From positions 13,488,948 to 13,552,947 of the forward strand of contig NC_092673.1 of the NCBI RefSeq assembly GCF_964355755.1: a DNA stretch of 64,000 nt. The letters are read 5' to 3'. The first letter of the stretch is position 1; the number at the start of each line of letters is the position of its first letter. Positions 53,536 through 64,000 of the stretch are shown here, piece after piece. The notes beneath the pieces were generated by a model. That model worked only from the letters and a program-made list of their open reading frames with translations, did not search any database and was not told where the DNA came from. Source of the stretch: Antedon mediterranea. Lineage: Eukaryota; Animalia; Echinodermata. Made by a program: the position numbers and the translations under genes.

Positions 53536-54639
53536 CAGTGGCGGATCTAGGATCTGACGAGGGGGGGTGGCCACGAAAGTGGGAAACGAGGTGCGTAGCA
53601 CCGAGCGGGGGAGGGTTTGGGAGGGGGTGTCCCCCTCCGGAGGCTCCAAAAAATTTTGAAAAAATAGATGCTTACACACTGTTTAATAGGCTAGAGAAAC
53701 TGTTTCCATCACACTTAATAACAAATATTACATAATGTAAATTTAAATACATCCTTCCTAAATACTGTACGGATCTTTTTCGACGAACTAATAATAAACT
53801 TTGATCGAAAAACCTTCAAACAAAATGAACATTTGGTAATGCGGTACTCCGAAAATGCCTCGATAGAGTGTATGTGTTGTGTACCGTGTTTTGGTGGTCT
53901 GTTAACCTCAGAGATATATACCCTACAGCCGGGTGAATAACTCAATGTAATTTGGTATACAATGATTGCAGTAATCGCCGTGTCTATAACACAAATCAAA
54001 AAACGCCAAATACTTTTTTCGGCCGTCCCGTGTGTACATACAAGACATTTCATGTTTATTTTATGCCTATAAAATAATAAAAGAACACCATGTTTCTCGT
54101 TTATTTTTATCGTTTATACTGCATACCATAATATTATACAAAAAACTTTCATGCGCGAGAAAAAAGTTCCCGATATTACACTCCACTCAGGTGTGTAAAT
54201 ATACCACGCTAACGCTTGTGCACACACGGACCAGGGCGGCGGAAATTAACTGCAATGGAAAATGGTGTATTTTGGAGAGTGATGACGTCAGCATTCACAC
54301 GAGGAGCGAGCTTGACAACGTGACGCTGGTAGTTTTAGGAGTGCGTGTGTTTTGAAAATGGGTATTTTCCGAAGATTGTAAATCGTGTTTTCTTTTTAAA
54401 CTCTTGAATTCATAATAGTAATTGAACTCTTACCTCTTTCACTGTGTAGGCCTATTTACACACAACTATTAATGTTAACCCTAGCTCTAGTAGGGCCTAG
54501 CTAGGCGTACTCTTCTTAATTAAAAGATTAATCCACGTCTAGCGACGGTCAATCGCGATTAGGTTGCATCTTTTTTTTTTTTTTTGAGAATTAAGGGGGG
54601 TGGCTAGCCACCCTATTCACCCCCCTAGATCCGCCACTG
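53536..54639. mobile_element. Non-autonomous hAT-like element
   Basis: 16-bp TIR CAGTGGCGGATCTAGG / CCTAGATCCGCCACTG, flanked by a TAGAC duplication; interrupts the LINE. Confidence 0.88.
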
Positions 54640-55393
54640 TAGACAAAGGCAACGAGGTAATCTGGTTTTAAGTTAAAAGAAATATTGGAAAAACATCATT
54701 CTCTTAAGTAGGTCCTGTTAGTGTTACGGTATATGGAATGAGTTGTCTATGTTGATATATCGCCACACATAATTTGTTTTAATTACTAGCGTTTTGCTAT
54801 TTCCAGCTCCAATTATCCATTGTATTTATATTCATTTACAATATTGTATTGTTTTGTTTGTTTTGTATGGATAATAAAAAAAAAAAGAAAAATGAAGAAA
54901 GATACCTGCACCTCATTACTAACAACCAACTCCAGCTGAGGTTGCAGAGTTACCATCAATAATGGCAGAATTGTCGGTATTGGCCCTGTCCCCAGGATCT
55001 AGCTCCCCGATGGATGAAATATTGTTACTAGTCCCAAGAACCCGTCACAAAGGTACGCAGAATATCAAGGGGAAAGCCGGGCCTTTTATCGGCACACGAA
55101 AGAAGCAAACTGAGTTCGCAAGAAGGAAACAATACCAAAGTTACCGACCTCGTCCGATCTTCAACACCAGTTAGAATACAACACAACGTACCCGTGCAAA
55201 CAACGCCCTGCAGGACAACATCGCGTGCCGAGTGGTGAAGGTAGTGTAAAGGGGCATTAACACCTGTTCCGTTTCGCGGTACGGAAGACGGCGCCGTTTC
55301 TTTCAACGTGACGCGCCCGTTCACCGTTCCGTTTTAAACATTCACACCTGTTCCATTTTGCGACGTATTCCGTGACAACGGGCAAACGTTCAA

Positions 55394-56535
55394 ATGGCAG
55401 CCGTTTCTGGATGGTCATCGGATGATAGTGAGGAAGAAATTATTCTTTCCGCTATAATTTTAGCCAAAAGAAGGAAAAGAAAATGGGTGAACGAGGTCTG
55501 TTCCGAAAGAAAGAAATTTGGTCAATTTTAAACGTTGATAAAACGTAATCTGGTGACCAATGAAGACGAATTCTTCAATTATTTTAGAATGACGCCTCAC
55601 CAATACGGTCATCTTGTCAGTTTAATTAAAGATGATTTTACAAAACGGGACACAAGATTCAGAGAGAGTATCTCCGCGGAAGAACGTTTATCCATCAGTT
55701 TACGGTAATGCTCCGAGGTTTATTAATTAAAATTATATTAGTCTACTTAGTTGTCACCAAACTTAAATAGGCCATTGTATAGTAGTAGGTCTTGTATATG
55801 ATAATAGGCAATTACGGAGGAGTTTAATTCGAAATGGAATTTCCCAAATTGCATTGGAGCAATAGACGGCAAACATGTACAGATTGTAGCTCCAGACAGA
55901 TCGGGGTCATTGTTTTATAAGTCGACACACTCAGTTGTGCTACTAGCACTGTTCGATGCTGACTACTGCTTTTCTTTCATTGATGTCGGGAACTACGGGT
56001 CAAACAGCGATGGTGGAATTTTCGCTAGATCCGACCTAAACCGAGCTATTACAAACAAAACCTTGGAAGTACCAGAAGATGTCAATTTACCCGGTTCCCC
56101 AGAGCTTGGGCCAATGCCACATGTCATCTTAGGTGATGAAGCCTTCCCATTGAAAACTAACATTATGAGGCCATATCCTTGAAAGGAACTGACCGACGAA
56201 AAGCGACTTTTTAACTACAGACTGTCGAGGGGCAGAAGAATCTCTGAAAACGTATTTGGACAGCTGGCCGCGAAATATCGAATTTATTTTTGTGTAATCA
56301 ACATGCATCCAAAGAACGTGGACAAGATCATTAAGGCAACCTGCGTACTCCATAACTACATTAAAAAAACTTCCGATAGGAGTGGACGACTTCCTCCTAC
56401 CGAAGACGTTGACCTTAGTCAATACGAAGGAATCCAGCCACTACGCCAAATAGGCAATCATGCAGGGGTAGATGGGTAGATGGAAATTAGTGATGCTTTC
56501 AAAGACTACTTCAATTCACCAAATGGCGAAGTTTA
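55394..56535 (+). pseudogene. Harbinger transposase (HARBI1-like)
   Basis: Exon 1 MAAVSGWSSDDSEEE...FFNYFRMT...SISAEERLSISLR; then WNFPNCIGAIDGKH...DVGNYGSNSDGGIF...GDEAFPLKTNIMRPYP*...FNYRLSRGRRISENVFG...CVLHNY; premature stops. Confidence 0.92.
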
Positions 56536-56798
56536 TTATTTAAAAATGATCTTTAAGACAAAAAATAAATTAAATAATGAATTGTAACAATATAAGTAAT
56601 TATCTATCTGTCATGTTTGTATGGATGCGAAACCTTCCTAACGTTCTTTGATATATTGTACAACTGAATTAAGCCTCACCCAGACTGTGAAATTAGTTTT
56701 ACAAAATAAATGCAATTTTGTGAAATATATTCACTAGAACCAATTTAATTAACTTAATTATAAATGAATTTGTATAACCTAAAAAAAAAAAGCAGTTA

Positions 56799-57128
56799 AG
56801 GCCCATGTATACTAACACGATAACGACACTAACACAAACGATAAGAAATAAGATAAGTTGTTGTACAAGCACGATTAAACAACTATCTATTATGAATATG
56901 ATACAAATATATTTTACAAATAAAATTAAGTGAACAACGACAAAATTGTTATACTACAATTAAATCGTTTTTCTATGATTATGACGTCGTATGATTCAAT
57001 TGTGAAAATATGTTTGTATCATATTTACGATAGATTGTTATTCAATCATGCTATCATAAAAACGTAACTTGTTTTGGATAGGAATAATAGTTCTAATCTT
57101 TTTTTCGTCGTTATTGTGTCTAGTGTAC
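56799..57128. mobile_element. Degenerate Harbinger-like MITE
   Basis: Imperfect inverted ends GTATACTAACACGATAACGAC / GTCGTTATTGTGTCTAGTGTAC, similar to the terminus at 29811. Confidence 0.45.
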
Positions 57129-57369
57129 TCTGTATGTATAGCAATTGCAATAAATAATGTAATATAAATAGGCCTATATAACTCACCTCAATGTGTTTAT
57201 ACACTTGTGTAAACTGTATATATTACAATTTATTAAAATACTTTTATTATTGGTGTAGTTGATATCATTGTGTTTACTTATGTGATTATTTTTAACATAC
57301 TACTAGTAAAGAAGTTCTAATTTAGTTTTATTTATTTATTATGTTTCATTATTGAATTATTCTTATTAT

Positions 57370-58391
57370 TTATTCTTCGTTTAATGCCATTTCTTCTTCA
57401 ATTTCTACAAATATTTTATTCATTTTTCTTTTGACTACAATTTGTTTTAACTTTGGAAATGTCCGGACAGTGGCCAGACTAGATTTAAAAAAAAGGTTAA
57501 TGGCTCGTCTTTGGGAGTTTCTTGTTTCTCTTTTAAATATTCCATCAACTGGTTGCTAATATTATCTTCTTTTTTTCTTTTGGTTGGTTTAGGCCACGTT
57601 TCTTCCTCATTACTAACGGATGCTCTTTCTTCTTCTTCTTCAAATAAACTCATCATGAATGACGTTCCTTCTAGTGATGATTCAAACTATGTTACCTCTG
57701 GTACCGTAATGTTACTAACACTCCTGAAAGTTAAGTAAAGTACATAAGATAATAGTGAAGACATTTCTAAAAAATGATCTGAAGCATGAGTCCTCTGCAA
57801 AAGCATGAATGGTGCTTATTATATTGATTAGGCTATCTTGAATTATTTACAATGGGCATCTATACATCAGTAAAACCAAACAAAAAAAAACCATGTTTTA
57901 TCATCATCACCATTAGAGAACAATTATTAAGAATTAACCCAAACTGTTATTGAGAGTGGGCAATGAAAAAAATATATAATAAAAAAACATTAGCCTGGAC
58001 TTACTCTCGATGCGACAAATGCACCTGAAGAAATCCCAACTGGTCAGCCCACTTGTACTTCTTTTTTGCTTTGAATGGCTTGTCCACTTTTCAGAACTTG
58101 TGCATCACCCCCTTTCTTATAGGAGTCCCGGATACTTTCAAACTTGGTCCTTGCAATTGGATCTGTGTAAATATTAAGTTAGATTTAGGTTTGGTATCAA
58201 TGCATTACCACATTTTGGTCTCAAATTTATGGTTATTTTATTAGGTATTAAATAAAATACTCACATTCAAGTCCAACTTGCTCTCCAATGGCTTTCCAAA
58301 TATCATACTTTTTTTTTTCATTTTTGTATTCAGAATTTTACTTGTCATATAAGACTGGATTTTGTTCTACTAGCAAAAGCAACTTCTCCAT
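57370..58391 (-). pseudogene. MADF(-BESS)-like accessory protein of the Harbinger element, multi-exon
   Basis: MEKLLLLVEQNPVLYDK*NSEYKN...IWKAIGEQVG; KKKYKWADQLGFL; acidic linker and DEPLTFF...VRTFP. Confidence 0.7.
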
Positions 58392-58784
58392 CTTTGCATC
58401 ATAGCAAGAATTCATGTTTACACAAGGCAACTGGAAAAAAAGAAGAAAATATTATTATTTCTAGGTAGCACTACTACCTAGCTAGCCTAGTAGGCCTCTA
58501 GGCTAGTAGCCAGTGATGAGGTAGTACTACATGCCTTGCTAGTAGCCTAGGCCTAGCTAGCCTAGTAGGCCTCTAGGCCTAGCCTACTACTAGGCTAGGC
58601 CTAGCATGGATGGAGTAAAGCTACTAACTAGCTAGGCTAGGTAGGCCTAGAGATAGTATAGATTTTTATTACTAAGTCTTAGTCTAAGACTTTAAGTACC
58701 GTATAGTAAGTCTACAACTGTAGGTCATACCTAAGCCTAGTGGTGGTGGGCCTAGACGAGGCCTCCTACCTAGTGGAGTAGTAT

Positions 58785-59340
58785 CCCTTACAAAAATGTC
58801 TTATAGAATCCTATAGGATCCTATAGGCATCCTATAGGGTCCAATAGGCAGCCTATAAGATCCTATAGGGTCCAATAGGCAGCCTATAGTATCCAATAGG
58901 CAGCCTATAGGATCATATAGGCTGCCTAAAGGATTGTATAGGTGACCCATACACCGCCTATAGGATCTTACTTATAGGTGACAATAGACAGCCTATAGGA
59001 TCCTATAGGCTGGCTATATTCACCTATAGGCAGTGTATTGGCCACCTATAAGATTGTGTAGGCAGCTTATAGTTCCTATAGGCAGCCTATAGGATTGTAT
59101 AGGTTGCCTTTAGGATCCTATAGGTAGGTTTAGTCACCTATAGGAAGTGTATGAGCCACCTATAGGATTGTATAGGCAGCATAGCTCCTATAGGCAGCCT
59201 ATAGGATCGTATAGATTGCCTATAGGATCCTATAGGTTGGCTATAGTCACCTATAGGAAGTGTATGAGCCACCTACAGGTTTGTATAAGCAGCTTATATC
59301 CTATAGGATTGTATAGGTTGCCTATTGGATCCTATAACCA
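58785..59340. repeat. Degenerate (CCTATAGG)-based tandem repeat behind a CCCTTACAAAAA terminus; probable EnSpm/CACTA-like subterminal region
   Basis: Dozens of palindromic CCTATAGG cores spaced about 11 bp. A similar terminus, CCCTTACAAAAA with TCTATAGAA repeats, occurs at 41211. Confidence 0.55.
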
Positions 59341-60675
59341 GCTTGGCTCCACATCTTGAATCTCATCAGAGCATGCGCGCAGTCGAGCCACCATCTCTAT
59401 CCACGTCCACTACTCGCGCGCACGACGTACGTCGTACGAATTGCTGATGATGACGAGGATCATGTGCCCGCCGCGGCGTGAATTCCGGCGAGGCAGGAAT
59501 CGAATGAGAGAGGCGTGACGAGTTGGCTTAGTCTTCATGGTCCAGCCGTTCTATATTTTGTGGAAATGACTATTTAATAAAAAAGCCTAAATTGTATTCA
59601 TAGAAAAATATAATTAATATTTATTATATTTATTATTTCTAAGCACGTATTTTTAATTTCTTCATTAAATTGGTTTTTAAAATATCGCCTATAGCCTGGG
59701 GGAATAGCCCATCCCATTAGTCTTTGCGCTGTACGCGCGAGGAGTAACTCTTTTTTGGCACCACACCACCGCGCTTTTGTTGTTGTCAGACGTTGGATTT
59801 TGAGCACGAAGACCCACCGTCAACAGATATCGCGGAGACAGAATGGCTAGAAGAGAATGTCAAAACCAACGGAGACATGAGTGCAATAATAAACGAAGAA
59901 GTTGTTTGCAATTGGCACGAAAAGAAACGCGGTCAGGACAAGACCTCACGATGTGTTGGTAGAGTGCTATGCTTTAGTGGTAAGTGGTCAATTAGGCCTA
60001 GGCTTTATCGCATTTTCATATTTTATTGATAATATTGTAATAGTTTTAAATTAATAATATTTATATACTACTAGGCCTAGGCTACCCTAGGGCTAGGCTA
60101 GGCTATATAGGAGCTAGGCTAGCCTAATAATAGCCTACAAACAGTAGGCCTAGCCTAGGCCTACTCCAAAACAATTGTTCAAATTAAAACATTGTTCATA
60201 CTTACCTACTATATGCTACTCCCCTAGATGACAGAAAGAAGTTGATACAAAAGAGTGAAGAGTTTATAAAAACGGGCTCCATAACCGCTACACCTCGGCC
60301 TACCCTTGGTAAGGGCAATCGAGCAAAAAAGCCCACTAGAAGATTTGAATTTGATGATGATGAGATCGATGATGAGGTAAAATATAATAATACTAATAGG
60401 CCTAGGCTAGGCCTAATACTATAGATAAAAGATGAAGAAATCTGAGAAAGAGAAAGGCCGCCCCAACTAAGATTCAAGTTCGGAACATCCTGATTGATTT
60501 GCTCTCTAGGGCCTGGCCCTAGGGCTTTTCATGAATCATGGTACTAGGCCTATGGCCTAGGTAGGACTATTGTTCAAATTCTATTGGATAGCAACTCCTC
60601 AATATTATTGGCATGGTATGGCAAACAGCATCCCTAGACCAGGCCTAGTTCTCAATTTATAATCTTATTATTTAA

Positions 60676-61301
60676 AGCCCCATTCCCTACGTTTTTTAGA
60701 TCTAATTTAAGATCACAAACTATATTTAATGTAAAAATAATACTATATGGTCCTATTGCGATAACTTTTTTTGTCTTTAAACGGTTAAAAATGTGAAAAA
60801 TAAATCGATTTTAATAATTATAGCGGCCCGCTATAAATCCCAAAATGCATTGCGCGCGGATTGATATTTTTGTTTTTCACCTGTAATTCGCCCACTTTTC
60901 GATCGATCGTGAAGCCAAAACAAATGGAAGACTCCTAACTTTTCAGCGAAAATACCGGGTTTTCCCCAATTTGTATCAACGGAGTCTGGCAAAAATAGAA
61001 AGACAATTAATGCAGCAACTATACAACGTCAGGCTAGGTATATAGCTAGCGTACGATGTTCGTACGTTACCGATGTTTACCAGCTAGGCCTACAAAACTA
61101 AGCCTAGCTAGGCTAGGCCTGAGACCGTCGACGAGAGGTCGATCGCCGCGAGCTACTTAGGTAGTGCATTGTTTCTCACTTTTTATCATAATTTACCATA
61201 AAACGTACATTTAAGACAAGGAATGACATGGTTTAATGTTTTTAAAGTGATATATATGTATTATTTTCCAAAAAACGTCCAAAATTGCAGGGAAGGGGTC
61301 T
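60676..61301. mobile_element. Kolobok-like MITE with TTAA target duplication
   Basis: TTAA-AGCCCCATTCCCTAC...GCAGGGAAGGGGTCT-TTAA; imperfect TIR. Confidence 0.7.
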
Positions 61302-63168
61302 TTAATACTAGGCCTATTTTTAAACTGCATACTCTGTATATAATTTTTCTTTAAAATATATATTTTGTTACAAATCTGGATCCCATAGGAGACAAGTACC
61401 ATCCATGTAGAATTAGTTTTCCAGAATAAAATATGAAGTATGTTTTTTTTACATACTGTAGCAAGATGACATTATTCAAGATTCTGATTACGTAAAGAAA
61501 CGGGCAAATTCAAATTTGAAAACCATGGAGAAAATAAAGAACACACTACATGCGAAGGCTAGTAGCAAGGTATTTATAACATTGAATCACTGCTTACCTA
61601 GTAATTTTTTTCTGTATGAGCCTAGTGTCCTAAACACTAAATTTAGCATAACTCATTTTCTGTTTGTTGGAATTCACTTTGGCCTCACCATGATTGGCGT
61701 TACCTTTGTTCATTGTCGTTCCATGTTGGAATGTGATAGGTTGGCATATTGGTCGCACTACCGTTTCAAATAAAAAACACACCGGAGCATTTACTGCAAC
61801 ATTCGCAGAAGGGCTTGTGTTTTTATGGAGGTTTGCAGTTTCTAATTTACAAAGACTTGTTGGAACGCATCTTTCAACACCTTACATTCCATTGTTAAAT
61901 ATGCTTCACCTGTATGTTGTAGTTGATGTCTTAAAGGAACAACTCTGGTGGATAACCTTCCTATCTGGCATTGAGAATACCGTGACATTTGCATCAATGA
62001 TTTTGTTTAACTTATCAGATATCTTTATCATTTCAGGTCAGCAATGCAGAATTGCAGTCACTAAAGGATGAGAACTCTGCTCTGAGAAAAAAAACACAAG
62101 AGCTGGAGAAGCAGGTTCTTAGTCTGAATCAGGCAATATCATGCTTAGAGTGTAAGTTTTTTAGCAATACCAATAATTAGCATCCAATTTTGTTTTATTT
62201 TGCAGTTGATGAAAAATAATAAATCTTGTACGCAACTTGTATACATATGTTTTTGTAAGCTTTGAATACTGTTGTCAAACTATATTTGAAAGGTGAAAAA
62301 AATAATGTTTAACATTTTAAGAGTTTTCAACTAAGCTTGTTTGTTATTTTCTATTAGATTTGCCAACACTTATTGAAGACGTTAAGAATACATTTAAACG
62401 CCGCTCAGATGACTTTGACACAAGGCCAAGGAAAAAACAGTTTTCCACTGAGGCTAGTGGTTCCTCAACCTCTGAGGAAAGTGCAGATGAAGACAAACAA
62501 GTATGTTTATTGTATTATATTTACAAAATGTAAAATAAATCATTTATAACCAACATTATGTATTTAACAAAGTAAAATGTAAGTTGATACTTTTCATAAT
62601 ATTTTTAAAAATATCCAATAAATTAGTATTTATTTAACTAGTGTTGGTATTGATGGCACTATTGAAAAGTGTTTAATTGGTGAATTGAATAATTAGTGCA
62701 TAACAACATTAGAAACCCAGCGCATTATTTGTTTTGTTGTAAAATACATCATAAACTACAAGATATAGTCAGTGTATTTTGTCTTTACAATTTTGTATTA
62801 GGATACAAGGTATAGCCATATATACAGTAGTATTGTTTGGATTTATTTTATAATAGATTTTGTAAACTATAATATTCAATGTTCCTAAATGTTTGAGTAT
62901 TGTTCTGTATCAATTAGATAACACTTTCCAGTAACTTGAAAGCCCCACTAACCGTCGTCAATTTATGGACAAAGGGAAACTTAAACAAGTACACAGCGGA
63001 TGCAATGATTTGTTCTTCGACAGACAGACTATGGCAACACATTCTTTATCCGGTTCCTCCTGCAATGCCCACAAAGGAAAAGAGACAAAATCGGCATTGC
63101 AGGCAACAATCACTTCTCCTTTGATGGGTAAGTCTTAAAATGTAGTGGTTATATTACTGTATTATATA

Positions 63169-63618
63169 CCGTAGTTCCCCGGGTATAATCCCACCCCCTT
63201 GTACGTGAAATTTGCCCGAATTCGGGAGGTGGGACTATACCCGGAGATTTCCCGGTGCATGAACTGAAAATGACGATATTTCTTCTAGCTACCATTTAGG
63301 CTATCAGATGTAGGCCTAACAATTAGACGGTCAGGCCATCTAGGCCTAGGCGGCCTAATTGGTCTTACCGGTGCTATGTCTACCGTATAGATTTTTCCCC
63401 AGATTTGTTTGATGAGTTTTAAGTCAGCCTAATTCAGAGAAATTACCCTATTTTTTAGTGAGAATTTGTTTAAAAAAATGTTGGCCTAGCTAGCTACAGT
63501 AGGCCTAGGTCCACCTCTGTCCTAATGTTAAATTATACACTGGGACTTTGCTTGGAGATATGCTTGCATGCGAAAGTAATCGTAAAGTCGGGATGGGATT
63601 ATACCCGAGGAACTACGG
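63169..63618. mobile_element. Tc1/mariner-pogo-type MITE
   Basis: TIR CCGTAGTTCC(C/T)CGGGTATAATCCCA(C/T)CCC with a TA TSD. Confidence 0.9.
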
Positions 63619-64000
63619 TATATATTAAGATGTATTGTCCCTACTCATTTTGAAGTAACATAAAAATCAACATTTTTCAATGATTTTTTTTATAGTCATC
63701 ATTTTAAAATGAATAACTTGTTTTGTTCTCTTGCAGACCATCTCCAAAAAAAATTTTTGGTGGATGATAAAGCAGTTTGTGGGGCCATTAGGGCCTTTTT
63801 CACGGAACGGATTTTGTGTAAACGCTGCTATTGTTTTAACGCTTTTCGATTTTTTAACAAAACGGCGCCGTCTTCCGTTCCGCGAAACGGAACAGGTGCG
63901 AATGCCCCTTAAACCAGCACTATTACTGTGATGCCAAGTGGAGACGTACTACAAATAGAGGAAACCTCCCGCAAGTATTTTTTGAATTGAGTAATAGGCC

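Larger units (their letters stand above)
43975..54890 (+). mobile_element. Degraded CR1/L2-group LINE (pieces at 43975-46334, 53317-53535, 54645-54890) hosting several later insertions
   Basis: RDYKNY...KPWITRAI...KKATGHD...VTPIFKKG...NYRPISLLPLLSKVF...YGFRKKYST...KAFDTIDHSILLSKLAHYGIR...FLLYINDL...ADDS...YGLEVW, continuing QKMAVRTITFS...HSLPLF...FMYD, then an AATAAA-polyA tail near 54872-54890. Confidence 0.85.
55250..63909. mobile_element. PIF/Harbinger transposon (8.66 kb including nested cargo)
   Basis: ~50-bp TIR AGGGGCATT(AA/CG)CACCTGTTCCGTTTCGCGG(T/A)ACGGAAGACGGCGCCGTTT with a TAA TSD at both ends. Confidence 0.93.

Overview
Eukaryotic, AT-rich genomic DNA, most likely from an invertebrate animal (echinoderm-like is a guess from the TE repertoire and the TAGGCCTA-rich low-complexity tracts). 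No intact host gene is recognisable; the window is almost entirely nested transposable elements and repeats. Main features: (1) a ~10.2-kb array of a 60-bp satellite (5363-15560), interrupted by a hAT derivative and running directly into a Harbinger Myb/SANT exon; (2) a complete Ty3/Gypsy LTR retrotransposon (32327-41010) with apparently identical 599-bp LTRs, a GGAA TSD, a candidate -1 gag-pol frameshift site, an HHDD motif where RT normally has YxDD, and a LINE fragment in gag; (3) a four-level nest, LINE > Harbinger > foldback AcademX > 55-bp MITE (about 44-54.9 kb); (4) a second TIR-bounded Harbinger (55250-63909); (5) relics of RAG1/Transib/Chapaev-like, MULE, Sola-like, RTE and Penelope elements, one Penelope carrying a type I hammerhead ribozyme; (6) a Deu-domain SINE and several MITEs. 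Comparing duplicated sequences within the window shows that some TAGGCCTA, TACAGTA and TACCGGTA motifs are small insertions at TA dinucleotides, probably excision footprints. Coordinates were read by eye and family calls come from motif recognition, not database searches.
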